Positions 10,275 to 20,534 of a stretch of 64,000 nucleotides of DNA are shown piece after piece; positions within the stretch are counted from its first letter, which is position 1, and each line of letters starts with the position of its first letter. Made by a program: the position numbers and the translations under genes. Origin of the DNA: Candidatus Poribacteria bacterium (lineage in GTDB: Bacteria; Poribacteria; WGA-4E; WGA-3G); the NCBI GenBank assembly GCA_965242965.1, contig OZ251518.1:5504001-5568000 (forward strand), written 5' to 3'. Below the pieces are notes generated by a model. The model was given only the letters and a program-made list of their open reading frames with translations, was not told the origin of the DNA and ran no database searches.

Positions 10275-10311
10275 GGTAGGATATGGGATCGGTTAAAACA
10301 AAACATCGTTG

Positions 10312-10473
10312 CTAACGAACCTGACACCACCCGCGGTCGAGGCAGAAATAGAGATACACCCCGAACGTCCGGAGCGTCAAGGCGTAAGTATAGCTGCACC
10401 GTAAAGAGACAGACGCGCGCTGTCCCCGGGCTGCCTGTGCAGTTAAAGTGGTGGTGTTTTCAAACGTTTGCAT
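10312..10473 (-). CDS. putative aromatic-amino-acid leader peptide (53 aa)
   Basis: MQTFENTTTLTAQAARGQRASVSLRCSYTYALTLRTFGVYLYFCLDRGWCQVR*. Lies between the promoter and the terminator. Confidence 0.7.
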   Translation of the reverse strand: MQTFENTTTLTAQAARGQRASVSLRCSYTYALTLRTFGVYLYFCLDRGWCQVR

Positions 10474-10573
10474 CGTTCAAATCCCAATTCTTGCGGTTAT
10501 CCAGCAATACCGCTGTTCTTTTGCATATTTAGACGTTCACAGCGGCAAAGCGTTTAAAAAAATCTGATAATAT

Positions 10574-10602
10574 ATAATACCACAATTTCAGGCAAAAGTC
10601 AA
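10574..10602 (-). promoter_or_regulatory. sigma70-type promoter for the aroF leader
   Basis: TTGACT-N17-TATTAT on the minus strand. Confidence 0.65.
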
Positions 10603-10629
10603 ATTCTTTTTTTCCAGAGCGATTTAATC

Positions 10630-10919
10630 GAGAGTGTTTCAGAACTCCGTTTCGGTATTTATCCTCCCCTAGGGGATGGGCAAATACCGATAGAAAAGCG
10701 AGGGGAGGGTGCCGCGCATCGGGCCCACCTCTGTAGTTCGGGAGCGCCCGCTCCCGAACGGGTCAGGATCAGGCGATCCTGACCTACAGGCGTGATGCGG
10801 TCTGCCAGCCAAACGCATGGCGAGGGACAGGCCCTCGCCCTACGGTAACCCGGGCCGTTTTTTTCATCGTAGCGCGGGGGCCTGTCCCCGCGACGTTGAG
10901 CGATTTATGAAACACCCTC
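10630..10919. mobile_element. MITE copy 2
   Basis: GAGAGTGTTTC...GAAACACCCTC with target duplication ATTTAATC (10622-10629 and 10920-10927). Confidence 0.9.
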
Positions 10920-10968
10920 ATTTAATCGAGACCGGGAGGTCTCTCCTACCCGGGAGCGCAGACGACGC

Positions 10969-12411
10969 TCAATAAACGATTTTTCCATCAATTTGAGACA
11001 TATCCCCTAAATCGTGCCCACACAAATTCAGGACAGTAGGGAAAACATCGACGGATCGGATGCATGTCTCGGCAATCGGAACGTTCATCGCGAGGGGGAT
11101 GTGCAGATGCTCAGCGAGCAAGGCACCGTGTGTCGCGTGATGCGCCGGGATTTCATAACGGGCGCGTAAGTCATAGCCGCTCTCCGCACTTAAAACCAGG
11201 TCTCCGGCGCGGGCACTCTGAAAAATCTGCCACAACTGAACGATAGCATCCGGATAAGCGGTATCGTAAGTCTGGCGTAGGAGCTCGCGCGAAGATTTGT
11301 TATCGTAACAAACGCCGTATCCGAGCGGGTCCTTCTGCTCAAACCGGTAGGAAAACCGGTCCGCTTGGCAAGTTATCTTCCCCTTCCCACATCGGTTTTG
11401 AACGACGATGCTTCCGTCTCTGCCTTGCCCGGCGACGAGAGCCAATCCCTCCAACTCCAAGAGTGCTTCAACGACACCGATTTGCTGTAGGTGTTCAAAA
11501 GGCGTGCGTTCTCCCCAGCCAGCACCCTCGTTTTTGAAGTAGAGATGCGTCATTCCGTTGCCGGATACCATGCTCGCGCTTGTGGCACCGCGTCGCCATA
11601 GACGTGGATAATGCAGGCATCGCCAGCCTCCATCGTCAAGTTGTTTCACGACATCAATGTGGGTGTGCGTGTTCGTCATACCGTGGTCGCTTGAAATGAG
11701 GATGAGCGTTTCATCAAACGCATGCGTCTTTTGCAACGTATCAACGAGTTGCCCAACGGCGGCATCTATTTCTCGATATGTCTCAATCACCCGCGGCGAT
11801 TGCGTATGCGAGAGGTGCGAGAAAGTATCCACTGCCGGGAAGAGACACATCACAAACCGGTCCCCGGCTTCTACGGCTGCGTGGAGGTGGCGGCGCGCAA
11901 TCTGATTGACGAACCGCCATTTGTGCGAAAAATGGGCATAGGTATAAGCGAACGGCTTCACCCATCGCGTCAGGTTTTTGGCAGGCGGGCACCCACGCGC
12001 GAGCGGATTGTAAATGTTGCTGACCGGGGAGAAGAAGTTGAACAGTGTCGGACTCCCCGGAAGATCAGCCTCGAAATCCAACGCGTCAAGTCCCATGTAA
12101 CTGCAAACACCCGGGCGTTTGAACCGATGCGGGTTCTGAAATTCGGTTTTAGACAGCCAGCGGATGCCGGGTATGTTCGCCGTTCCCGGAAACAGCCCCA
12201 TAAAGAACGGTGTGAAGGCGGGACCGGTTGTCGAGGGAAAGACAGAAACCGCTTTTTTGAGGCACCCGCGCGCAATCACGTATTTCTTGATGTTCGGCAG
12301 TGTCCCGTTTTCTACCAATTCCTTGAAAATTGTATAAGGCGCGCCATCGATCAAGATAAAGATGAACCGTTTGAAAGGCGTTTTGGTTGATTCCATAAAG
12401 TCCCGCTTCAT
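10969..12411 (-). CDS. alkaline phosphatase superfamily nucleotide pyrophosphatase/phosphodiesterase
   Basis: ILIDGA, VFPSTTGP, DTFSH, SSDHG and THG motifs. Confidence 0.85.
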   Translation of the reverse strand: MKRDFMESTKTPFKRFIFILIDGAPYTIFKELVENGTLPNIKKYVIARGCLKKAVSVFPSTTGPAFTPFFMGLFPGTANIPGIRWLSKTEFQNPHRFKRPGVCSYMGLDALDFEADLPGSPTLFNFFSPVSNIYNPLARGCPPAKNLTRWVKPFAYTYAHFSHKWRFVNQIARRHLHAAVEAGDRFVMCLFPAVDTFSHLSHTQSPRVIETYREIDAAVGQLVDTLQKTHAFDETLILISSDHGMTNTHTHIDVVKQLDDGGWRCLHYPRLWRRGATSASMVSGNGMTHLYFKNEGAGWGERTPFEHLQQIGVVEALLELEGLALVAGQGRDGSIVVQNRCGKGKITCQADRFSYRFEQKDPLGYGVCYDNKSSRELLRQTYDTAYPDAIVQLWQIFQSARAGDLVLSAESGYDLRARYEIPAHHATHGALLAEHLHIPLAMNVPIAETCIRSVDVFPTVLNLCGHDLGDMSQIDGKIVY

Positions 12412-13679
12412 TCAAACACGACGCGATGGTAACGTTTTTTGCCGGCACGGAGACGCAGCGCGTTGTCCTCAAGTAGCGTTGCATCGACAACGGTGTCAAT
12501 GGCGCGATACTGCTTTTCGTTGATGTATGCACCACCTTGCTGGATGAGCCGTCGCGCTTCACTCCGCGAACTCGCCAGACCGGCTCCATGGAATAACTCC
12601 ATGATAGGGATACCGGCGTGAATGCGTTCAGCCGGGAGAGTGGAGGTTGGCATTGCCTCCAGTTCTTCGCCTCCGCCTCCGAATGCGGCGCGCGATGCCG
12701 CCCGCGCTTTATTCGCCGCCGTTTTCCCGTGCGCGAGTGTCGTCGCTTCGTATGCGAGGACCGCCTTTGCCTCCCGAATCGCCTCGTGCTCCAAACCGCC
12801 GAGCCGCCGCACTTCGTCCATCGGCAGAAAGGTGAAACAGGCTAAGAACCGCTCCACATCCCTGTCATCGGTGTTAATCCAGTATTGATAAAATTCGTAA
12901 GGCGATGTTTTGTTTGCATCGAGCCAGACTGCGCCGCCCGCGGTTTTTCCCATTTTCGCGCCGCCCGCTGTCGTGAGCAAAGGGAAGGTGAGCGCGTGCA
13001 CCCGTTCGCCTTCAAGCCGACGGACCAGGGCTACCCCGGCGAGGATGTTGCTCCACTGGTCATCGCCGCCGATTTGGAGGACGCATCCGTACCGCTGATA
13101 GAGACACAAGAAGTCGTAAGCTTGGAGCAGTTGATAGTTGAATTCTAGGAACGAGAGTCCCTCTTCGCGTTCCAGGCGTTGGCGATACGCTTCGGCACGG
13201 ATCATTTCGTTGACCCGGAAGTGCCTGCCGATATCGCGCAGAAAGTCAAGATAGTTCAACGGCAGCAACCACTCCGCATTATCCAGAAACAGTCCGTCAG
13301 AGCTATCTGTGTCAGGGTTGTCCGTGTCATGTGTTGGCGCGTCAAGTTTGACATACCGCTGGAGTTGTCCCAAGATGCTTGCGCCGTTCGCCGCGATTTG
13401 TTCGCGCGGCAGCAACTGACGCATCTCTGTCTTATCGCTCGGGTCGCCTATCATCGTCGTCCCGCCGCCGATGATAGCGATAGGTTGATGTCCGGCGCGT
13501 TGCAGGTGCGCCATCGCCATTATCGGCACGAGGCTCCCTACATGCAGGCTATCAGCTGTCGGATCGAAGCCGACGTAGTAGGTTATCTGTTTTTCGGCAA
13601 GCAGTTGCGCGATGTTTTCTTCATGCGTGCATTGCTGGACGAATCCCCGTTCCTTGAGGGTATTAAAAACATTATCCAC
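12408..13679 (-). CDS. tyrS: tyrosine--tRNA ligase
   Basis: YVGFDPTADSLHVG, QIGGDDQW, KMGKT motifs and a C-terminal S4 domain. Confidence 0.97.
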   Translation of the reverse strand: MDNVFNTLKERGFVQQCTHEENIAQLLAEKQITYYVGFDPTADSLHVGSLVPIMAMAHLQRAGHQPIAIIGGGTTMIGDPSDKTEMRQLLPREQIAANGASILGQLQRYVKLDAPTHDTDNPDTDSSDGLFLDNAEWLLPLNYLDFLRDIGRHFRVNEMIRAEAYRQRLEREEGLSFLEFNYQLLQAYDFLCLYQRYGCVLQIGGDDQWSNILAGVALVRRLEGERVHALTFPLLTTAGGAKMGKTAGGAVWLDANKTSPYEFYQYWINTDDRDVERFLACFTFLPMDEVRRLGGLEHEAIREAKAVLAYEATTLAHGKTAANKARAASRAAFGGGGEELEAMPTSTLPAERIHAGIPIMELFHGAGLASSRSEARRLIQQGGAYINEKQYRAIDTVVDATLLEDNALRLRAGKKRYHRVVFE

Positions 13680-13822
13680 TTTTGGTTCCTTTTTTCTAAC
13701 GATGGTATTTTTTTCGGGGTGCTCTCCCTCTGGTAGGAGAGACCTCCTGGTCTCGATGCCTCCTAGTAGGAGAGACTTCCTGGTCTCGATGCCTTCCGGT
13801 AGAATGTTCTCCCTATTTTAGT

Positions 13823-14124
13823 GTAGGGGTTTCATAAATCGCTCAACGTCGCGGTGACATGCCCCGCGCTACGGTGAAAAAAACACCACCCTCCACGTAG
13901 GGCGAGGGCCTGTCCCTCGCCATCGTTCATGCACCAGACCCCCTCCCCTCTGTAGGTCAAGAGCGCCTGCTCTTGACCCGTTCGGGAGCGGGCGCTCCCG
14001 AACTACAGATGGGTGCGCAAATCGTTCGCGCACCCCAACGATCGCGGGGGACAGGCCCCCGCGCTACGGAAAATCAAGACCAGAAGTCTCTCCTATCGAA
14101 TGCATCAAAATATAAAACACCCTC
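13823..14124. mobile_element. MITE copy 3, in the tyrS 5' UTR
   Basis: Degenerate TIRs. Target duplication ATTTTAGT (13815-13822 and 14125-14132). Confidence 0.85.
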
Positions 14125-14129
14125 ATTTT

Positions 14130-14159
14130 AGTATATCATAAACGGAATGGGTTTGTCAA
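14130..14159 (-). promoter_or_regulatory. sigma70-type promoter for tyrS
   Basis: TTGACA-N18-TATACT on the minus strand. Confidence 0.65.
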
Positions 14160-14187
14160 ATTATTGTTTGAAGCAGGATTTCTAGGC

Positions 14188-14217
14188 TTGACAATTGCTA
14201 GACGCTTGTGATAAAAT
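14188..14217 (+). promoter_or_regulatory. sigma70-type promoter
   Basis: TTGACA-N18-TAAAAT. Confidence 0.55.
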
Positions 14218-14248
14218 TAAAAAAACTTCAAAGATAGGGGGAAACAAC

Positions 14249-14626
14249 ATGGCTGAAGAAAACGGAAACAACACGATTGCGACTGAAACAGCACCGCCGA
14301 TGCAGGCAGAGAGTTGCATAATTATCAACGCCGCACAGGTGCAGTCTATGGATATTGGACAGCAGTTTACGCGGGTCAAAACCGATAACGGGTGGCGCAT
14401 TCAGTTGAAGGCACAGGCACGCGTGACTGTCAACTTCATCACAAGCATGCGGAAATTTGAGACGACACTCCTGCAGGACGATACCATTGAACGTGATGGC
14501 GATGACATCGTCCTGCTGCGCAACCAACCGGCGGACGCGTATCGCACGCAACGCGGGACTTCGTCGCTAGCGAGAGCTCCCGAGAAGCCCCTCATCTCGG
14601 ATCCGCCGATTGAACGGACGATTTAG
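14249..14626 (+). CDS. hypothetical protein
   Basis: ORF with a GGGGGA RBS downstream of a promoter. No family recognised. Confidence 0.65.
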   Translation: MAEENGNNTIATETAPPMQAESCIIINAAQVQSMDIGQQFTRVKTDNGWRIQLKAQARVTVNFITSMRKFETTLLQDDTIERDGDDIVLLRNQPADAYRTQRGTSSLARAPEKPLISDPPIERTI

Positions 14627-14709
14627 CCGCAGCAAAACCGACTGCGACAGAGGTTCACGTGGTATTAGAACGCATCTATCGGCTCCTCTCTAGTTTGAAA
14701 GGCGGAACG

Positions 14710-15180
14710 ATGATTCCGACAGAAGTGGTGCTGAGCCCAGAAAGTTACGCATGCATTGCCTCGGCACTTTCTGAAACCCGCCAGTCCGACAGCATCACCG
14801 AATCGCAAGTGGCACTGCATCTCGGCTTGGATGTTACTGTTCGCGAGAGAAATACGGACGCTCTCATCGTAAAGGAGCTGGTCCCGAACCCGTGCCCGGT
14901 CTGCCACCGTCAGTTGACATTCCTCCGGGAGGCGATTGCGCGTTTTGAGGACGATGGCAGGAGCCTCATCCGTTGCCAGATGGGGCATCGTTATCGGGGA
15001 CAACTGCGAGTCTTCCAGATTAGCATTAGGGAAGGGGTGCGCGAGACAGAAAAGTCGGTGAAAATTTGCCCAGAGTGTGGCAGCGAGAGTATCCAATATC
15101 TGGGCCCGACAGAGATGCTGTGCCTTGATTGTGATTGGGATAGCGGGTTGGAAGCGCGGTTTCAGCCGCGTGCGCGGTAG
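14710..15180 (+). CDS. hypothetical protein with two zinc-ribbon-like motifs
   Basis: CPVCH...CQMGH and CPECG...CLDC. Start could be 14659. Confidence 0.65.
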   Translation: MIPTEVVLSPESYACIASALSETRQSDSITESQVALHLGLDVTVRERNTDALIVKELVPNPCPVCHRQLTFLREAIARFEDDGRSLIRCQMGHRYRGQLRVFQISIREGVRETEKSVKICPECGSESIQYLGPTEMLCLDCDWDSGLEARFQPRAR

Positions 15181-15216
15181 GCGCGTTTTCAAAACGCGCC
15201 TATCCGCGTCCTTCAT

Positions 15217-16851
15217 CTAATGGAAATGCCCCGCGTGCGGGTCGGCGGCTTCGCCAAGTTCCGGCGGTTCCTCAATATCGGTAATCAAGCTCTCTGTCGT
15301 TAACAGCAAGCCTGCGATACTTGAGGCATTCTGTAACGCGGAGCGGACGACTTTGGTTGGATCGACGATACCGCCTTCAATCATGTCGCCGTATTCGCAT
15401 GTCGCGGCGTTGAACCCGAAATTGCCTTCGCCTTCTTGGACGGCTGCAACGACAACGGGGCCTTCTTCGCCTGCATTTTCGGCGATGGCACGGACAGGGG
15501 AAAGCAAAGTGCTTCGGACAATGTTAAGTCCTGTCCCCTGGTCTGCCTCTAATTCCAATGCGTCCAGTGCTGCGGCTGCGCGCAAGAGCGCGACACCGCC
15601 GCCGGGGACTATGCCTTCCTCAATCGCGGCACGCGTTGCGGCGAGTGCATCCTCAAACCGCGCCTTCTTCTCTTTCATCTCCACTTCCGTTGCTGCACCG
15701 ACGTTGACTACGGCGACACCACCGGCGAGTTTGGCGAGGCGTTCCTCCAACTTCTCTCTATCGTATTCGGAGGTAGTCTCCTCGATTTGCGTGCGGATCT
15801 GCGCGACTCTGCCGTCAACGTTCTCTTTCGCGCCGTTGCCGCCGACGATCGTCGTGTTGTCCTTGTCAATCACAACGCGCCGCGCTGTGCCTAACATGCC
15901 GACGACGATGTTCTCCAAACGAATGCCGGTTTCCTCGGAGATGACCTGGCCGCCAGTCAGCACGGCGATGTCTTCCAGCATCTCCTTGCGCCTGTCCCCG
16001 AAGCCGGGTGCCTTCACCGCCGCCGCCAGCATCGTGCCGCGGAGCCTGTTTACCACCAAAGTGGACAAGGCTTCGCCTTCCACATCCTCAGCGATAATCA
16101 GCAGGGGCCGCCCGAGCTGCATCACCTTTTCCAGAATCGGGACAAGCGTCTGCACCGCGCTGATTTTCTCGGTGTTAATCAGAATGTAGGGGTTCTCAAG
16201 TTCCACCACTTGTTCCTGCAGGTCTGTCACAAAGTTAGGTGACAGGAAGCCGCGGTCAAACTGCATCCCTTCAACGACATCCACGACGGTTTCCGAGGTT
16301 TTCCCTTCCTCAATGGTGATAGCACCGTCATTGCCGACTTTATCAAGTGCTTCGGCGACGATTGTGCCGATGTCGCTGTCGTTGGCCGGGTCATTCGCGG
16401 CGATGGATGCCACCTGTAGGATTTCTTCGTGCGTGTTCACGGCGCGGCTTTGCGCGGTGATGGCATCCACGGCGGCGACGACAGCCTTGTCAATGCCGAT
16501 TTTCAGCTGCATCGGATCTGCACCGGCGGTGACGTTCTTAAGGCCCTCGTGCAGGATTTCCTGTCCCAACAGCGTGGCGGTAGTCGTCCCATCACCGGCA
16601 ATATCGTTTGTTTTGGTTGCGATGGATTCCAACAACTGGGCACCCATGTTTTCATAAGGGTCTTCCAGTTCAATTTCTTTTGCTACGGTGACACCATCGC
16701 ATGTGACAAGCGGCGCGCCGAACGACTTCTGAATGACGACGTTCCTGCCGCGCGGGCCAAGCGTGACCTTCACGGCGTTGGCGAGGGTATCCGCGCCTCG
16801 CTTAAGCGCAACTCTCGCCTCTTCGTCAAAGATAATTTGCTTTGCAGGCAT
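15217..16851 (-). CDS. groEL: chaperonin GroEL (His-containing tail)
   Basis: [25 protein letters not shown] and [10 protein letters not shown] motifs. Confidence 0.98.
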   Translation of the reverse strand: MPAKQIIFDEEARVALKRGADTLANAVKVTLGPRGRNVVIQKSFGAPLVTCDGVTVAKEIELEDPYENMGAQLLESIATKTNDIAGDGTTTATLLGQEILHEGLKNVTAGADPMQLKIGIDKAVVAAVDAITAQSRAVNTHEEILQVASIAANDPANDSDIGTIVAEALDKVGNDGAITIEEGKTSETVVDVVEGMQFDRGFLSPNFVTDLQEQVVELENPYILINTEKISAVQTLVPILEKVMQLGRPLLIIAEDVEGEALSTLVVNRLRGTMLAAAVKAPGFGDRRKEMLEDIAVLTGGQVISEETGIRLENIVVGMLGTARRVVIDKDNTTIVGGNGAKENVDGRVAQIRTQIEETTSEYDREKLEERLAKLAGGVAVVNVGAATEVEMKEKKARFEDALAATRAAIEEGIVPGGGVALLRAAAALDALELEADQGTGLNIVRSTLLSPVRAIAENAGEEGPVVVAAVQEGEGNFGFNAATCEYGDMIEGGIVDPTKVVRSALQNASSIAGLLLTTESLITDIEEPPELGEAADPHAGHFH

Positions 16852-16911
16852 TGCGTTCCTCCTCTATCGGTTTGAAACGGGTTTGCATTTGAATGCTATA
16901 GAATATGTTTA

Positions 16912-16940
16912 ATTATACCACGTCTTGTGATTAAAGTCAA
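16912..16940 (-). promoter_or_regulatory. sigma70-type promoter for groEL
   Basis: TTGACT-N17-TATAAT on the minus strand. Confidence 0.7.
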
Positions 16941-16946
16941 ATTTTC

Positions 16947-17302
16947 GCGCGGAGAAATAGAATGATTGAGTTTTTCGTTTTCCACGGCATGCGTTTTGCT
17001 GTCAGACCGCGTCACTCCTGTAGGTCAGGATCGTCTGAAGCTCTGGCATCTTTGCCAAGTGATCCTGACCTGTTCGGGAGCAGGTGCTCCCGAACTACAG
17101 AGGTGGGCCCGATGCCTTTCGGTATTCGCCCTCCCTCCACGGCCGAATAAATACCGAAACGGAGTTATGAAATACCCTCATTTAGTTTTCTGTTTTCCTC
17201 GGCATGGCGAGGGACAGGCCCTCGCCCTACGGTAAGCGGAGAAATAGAACGATTTAGTTTTCCATTTTCCATGGCATGGCGAGGGACAGGCCCTCGCCCT
17301 AC
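16947..17302. repeat. REP cluster with duplicated gene-end sequence and one MITE end
   Basis: GGCGAGGGACAGGCCCTCGCCCTACGG twice. GCGGAGAAATAGAA.GAT twice, echoing the 3' end of the adjacent gene. Confidence 0.8.
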
Positions 17303-19020
17303 GGTGCGCGGAGAAACGGAACAATATCCTCTCCTTCGGTGGCGATATAACGTTGATTTGCCCGTAAATGGGTGGCAGTATCAACTTGCCCACTCGGCCA
17401 GCGGATTTCTATCAGTTCTACAGATTCAGCGTTTTTTAGTCCAAAATGGACGCGCAGATCACTGAAGGAAAGATAACTGCCGCTACTCTGCACCTCGGCG
17501 TATTGTGTCAATTCCCCGGCGACTACCTTGATGCGCGCGCCAATTGCGGAACGGTTGCTTTGCGTGCCGACAGCTTGAATCTGTATCCAATTGTTCCGAT
17601 TGCCGCCCTCGTTTCTGAGCAGGTCTGCTGTCTGATTCCAGTTCGTTATGAGGATGTCAATATCGCCATCGTTATCATAATCGCCGAAGGCGGAGGCACG
17701 GCTTATTTTCTGCAACGCGAACCCTGCACCCATCTGTGCGGTGACATCCGCGAACTGTCCATTCCCTAAATTTTGGAAGAGCAGATTCTGCTGCGGCGCG
17801 GTAGTAGACCGGTCGACTTCGGCGATATTGTCCATCGTATGTCCGTTTGCAACGAAAATGTCCTTGTAACCGTCGTTATCGTAATCCAAAAAGCCGATGC
17901 CCCAGCCGAGGTAGCGATGCGTATGTTCCGCGATGCCCGCCGGAATCGTGGTGTCAATGAAAAAGTTGTCGCCTTCGTTGTGATAGAGGGTGTTAGTTTC
18001 GTTCTGGAAGTTGCTCACCGTTGCGTCAAGTCGTCCATCGTTATCGTAGTCGGCAAACGCGACACCCATCCCCGCCTCCTCTTTTCCCGTGTCGCTGCAG
18101 CTGACCCCGGCAAGCAGTCCGATTTCCTCAAAAGTGCCATCGCCTCGGTTTTGGAAGAGGTAGTTGAAACCCTGGTCATTCGCGACGTAGATGTCGGCAT
18201 CGCTGTCGTTGTCAATGTCGCCGATGGTAACTCCGAGCCCGTGCGCGGCGGGCACGTTTGCAAAGCCGCTCTGTTCGGTGAAGTCGGTGAAGGTGGCATC
18301 GCCGTTGTTATGATAAAGGCTGTCCGTTTGCGGCGGATAACTGTGAGGCCCGCAGTAAACTGGGATGCCCTGCCGGTCGCACGGTTTGTCTGTGAGCGGG
18401 GAGTAATCGGCGTAATTGGTAATGTAGAGCTCAAGAAACCCATCGTTGTCCAGATCAGCGAATGCGCAGCTAGTGCCCCACTTCGGGTCGGCGACGTTCG
18501 CAGCCTGCGCGACATCGGTGAAGGTGGCATCGCCGTTGTTGCGGTAAAGGACGTTCGTGCCGAAATTTGTCACATAGAGATCGGTGTCGCCATCGTTATC
18601 GTAATCCCCGGTCGTCGCGCCGACACCGTATCCAGCGTCGCCTACGCCAGCCGAAGAGGTAACATCGGTAAACATCCCGTTGCCGTTGTTGCGATAGAGA
18701 ACGTTCGTCGGCATTTCCCCGTTTGTTTCAGCTATTTGCGGGCGCGCGTTGATGAGGTAAATGTCAAGAAAACCGTCGTTATCGTAATCAAAAAAGCCGC
18801 CGCCTGAGCCGTATTGTTCGTTGAAAAGTCGTTTGCCGCTTTCTCCATCGGTGTGCAGGAAACGAACTCCTGATACTTCGGCGACTTCCACGAAGGTAAC
18901 AGCGTTTTCCGCTGTGGCAAATGAGGTTGAAAGCATCGCGATGCAGATAAAATAGAGCGTTACCGATAGGCGCGTTTTGTAAGCGCGCGCGGGGTTTGTT
19001 GGGGGCCGAGAGTCCATCAC
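17299..19020 (-). CDS. CRTAC1 family protein (FG-GAP repeats + ASPIC/UnbV)
   Basis: Many DYDNDG repeats, C-terminal SAIGARI...VHFGL...IRWPSG, and a signal peptide. Confidence 0.92.
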   Translation of the reverse strand: MMDSRPPTNPARAYKTRLSVTLYFICIAMLSTSFATAENAVTFVEVAEVSGVRFLHTDGESGKRLFNEQYGSGGGFFDYDNDGFLDIYLINARPQIAETNGEMPTNVLYRNNGNGMFTDVTSSAGVGDAGYGVGATTGDYDNDGDTDLYVTNFGTNVLYRNNGDATFTDVAQAANVADPKWGTSCAFADLDNDGFLELYITNYADYSPLTDKPCDRQGIPVYCGPHSYPPQTDSLYHNNGDATFTDFTEQSGFANVPAAHGLGVTIGDIDNDSDADIYVANDQGFNYLFQNRGDGTFEEIGLLAGVSCSDTGKEEAGMGVAFADYDNDGRLDATVSNFQNETNTLYHNEGDNFFIDTTIPAGIAEHTHRYLGWGIGFLDYDNDGYKDIFVANGHTMDNIAEVDRSTTAPQQNLLFQNLGNGQFADVTAQMGAGFALQKISRASAFGDYDNDGDIDILITNWNQTADLLRNEGGNRNNWIQIQAVGTQSNRSAIGARIKVVAGELTQYAEVQSSGSYLSFSDLRVHFGLKNAESVELIEIRWPSGQVDTATHLRANQRYIATEGEDIVPFLRAP

Positions 19021-20534
19021 TGCTTTTTTGCCTCCTGAATTTCTTTCAAGCGCGCTCGGTAGGCACTGTTATTCGGTGCTAAAGCGATGGCGCGTAGAAT
19101 GGCTTTCTCCGCTGCCGCATACGCGCCCTGGCGATAATAGACATAGGCGAGCGTCTCCAGACGTGCCGCGTTCTCCCCTAATGCGACGGCACGTTCCGAC
19201 AAAGCTCTCGCGCGCGGCAATTCTTCACCTCGCTTCGCATAAAGCCACGCGAGGTTGTTATAGGCATCCGCCGCGTTTTCATCTGCCGCAATCGCGCGCT
19301 CAAACGCGTTCACTGCTTCCTCAACATTTTCTGTTTTGAGATGCAACACGCCAAGCCGCACCCACGCCTGCGCGTCGTTTGGATGGTGCCGCGTTAAGTC
19401 GCGATATATCTGAACGGCATCGGCGTGCTTGCCTTGCTGCGCGTAACTCTCGGCGAGTCCATAGTAAGCAGGCGTTAAATCGGCATCCTTCTGAATCGCC
19501 GTTTGCAAATAGGACACGGCATCGGTGAATTTGCGCTGGCGCGCATGGAGCCAACCGAGGTGGAGATAAGCTTCAGCGTTACTATCGTCCAACTGAAGGA
19601 CGCGTTGAAACGCCGAAATCGCGTCTGAAAACTGTCCGTTTTGCATGTAAAGTCCACCCAGATTGTGATAAAGCGGCAGGGATTCGGGATGCAAAGCCGC
19701 TGCGATTTGGTAGGTGTGAATTGCCGCCTCGTTATTGCCGACTTCAAGGTGCGCTTCTGCCAACTGCATGCGCGGTTCCAACGCCGTAGGATGTTCGTGC
19801 AATACCCTGCGGTACCGATGCGTCTGTTCCTGATACGTTTTCATTCGCTGGAAAGAAGCCAGTTGGGTTTTCGCCGCTTCAACTCGCTTGAGTTTTCGGT
19901 AGGCGATGGCGAGATTGTAGTGAGTCTCGACGTGATAGGGCGCGAATTCAATTGCTTTCTGGTAGAACTGCACCGCCTCCTCCAACCGATTTTCCATAAA
20001 GGCGACACGTCCGGCACCGTGGTATCCCTCGGCGAGGGATATGTCTAGCGCGATTGCCTTCTGATACGCCTGCTGCGCCGCCGCCAATTTTCCGCGTTGG
20101 ACGTAAATATCGCCTAATCGTAAAAAAGGTTCGGCTGCCGTCGGCAAAAGCATAACAGCGTTTTGCGCGTGCTTTTCGGCATCGGCAAACTTGCCTTGGG
20201 CGTGGTAAATGCGGGCCAGACAGACATGCGCAACGCCGTGCGTCTCTGGCGATGCAAGAAGTCCTAATGCGTGACGATACGCGTCCGCTGCATCGTTCGT
20301 TTTGTCTTGTAGCCGATACACCGCCCCGAGTTCGCAGTATGCCTCGGCGTGGCGCGGGTTCAGTTGCAAGACGTTTTGGAACGCAGTCACCGCCTCGGCG
20401 TAAAGTCCGAGTTCCATGGCGCGCATCCCACGCGCATAGTGTTCAGATACCTGCGCCTGCGCGATACCGCAATAGGCAATAATGAAGAAGATGCCGGCAT
20501 ACCAACACATCTGTTTATATCTCAGCGTTCTCAT
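19017..20534 (-). CDS. secreted tetratricopeptide repeat protein
   Basis: Signal peptide followed by serial TPR motifs. Confidence 0.9.
   Translation of the reverse strand: MRTLRYKQMCWYAGIFFIIAYCGIAQAQVSEHYARGMRAMELGLYAEAVTAFQNVLQLNPRHAEAYCELGAVYRLQDKTNDAADAYRHALGLLASPETHGVAHVCLARIYHAQGKFADAEKHAQNAVMLLPTAAEPFLRLGDIYVQRGKLAAAQQAYQKAIALDISLAEGYHGAGRVAFMENRLEEAVQFYQKAIEFAPYHVETHYNLAIAYRKLKRVEAAKTQLASFQRMKTYQEQTHRYRRVLHEHPTALEPRMQLAEAHLEVGNNEAAIHTYQIAAALHPESLPLYHNLGGLYMQNGQFSDAISAFQRVLQLDDSNAEAYLHLGWLHARQRKFTDAVSYLQTAIQKDADLTPAYYGLAESYAQQGKHADAVQIYRDLTRHHPNDAQAWVRLGVLHLKTENVEEAVNAFERAIAADENAADAYNNLAWLYAKRGEELPRARALSERAVALGENAARLETLAYVYYRQGAYAAAEKAILRAIALAPNNSAYRARLKEIQEAKKQ

Noticed and set aside
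13680-14130. T-box riboswitch upstream of tyrS
   Set aside because: No T-box consensus was seen. The region is explained by REPs and a MITE.
15353-16189. Long antisense ORFs opposite groEL, CRTAC1, leuA, aroF and the R-M genes
   Set aside because: These are shadow frames expected from GC-rich codon usage.
16870-16905. Possible CIRCE element upstream of groEL
   Set aside because: Only a left-half-like TAGCATTC is present, with no matching right arm 9 nt away.
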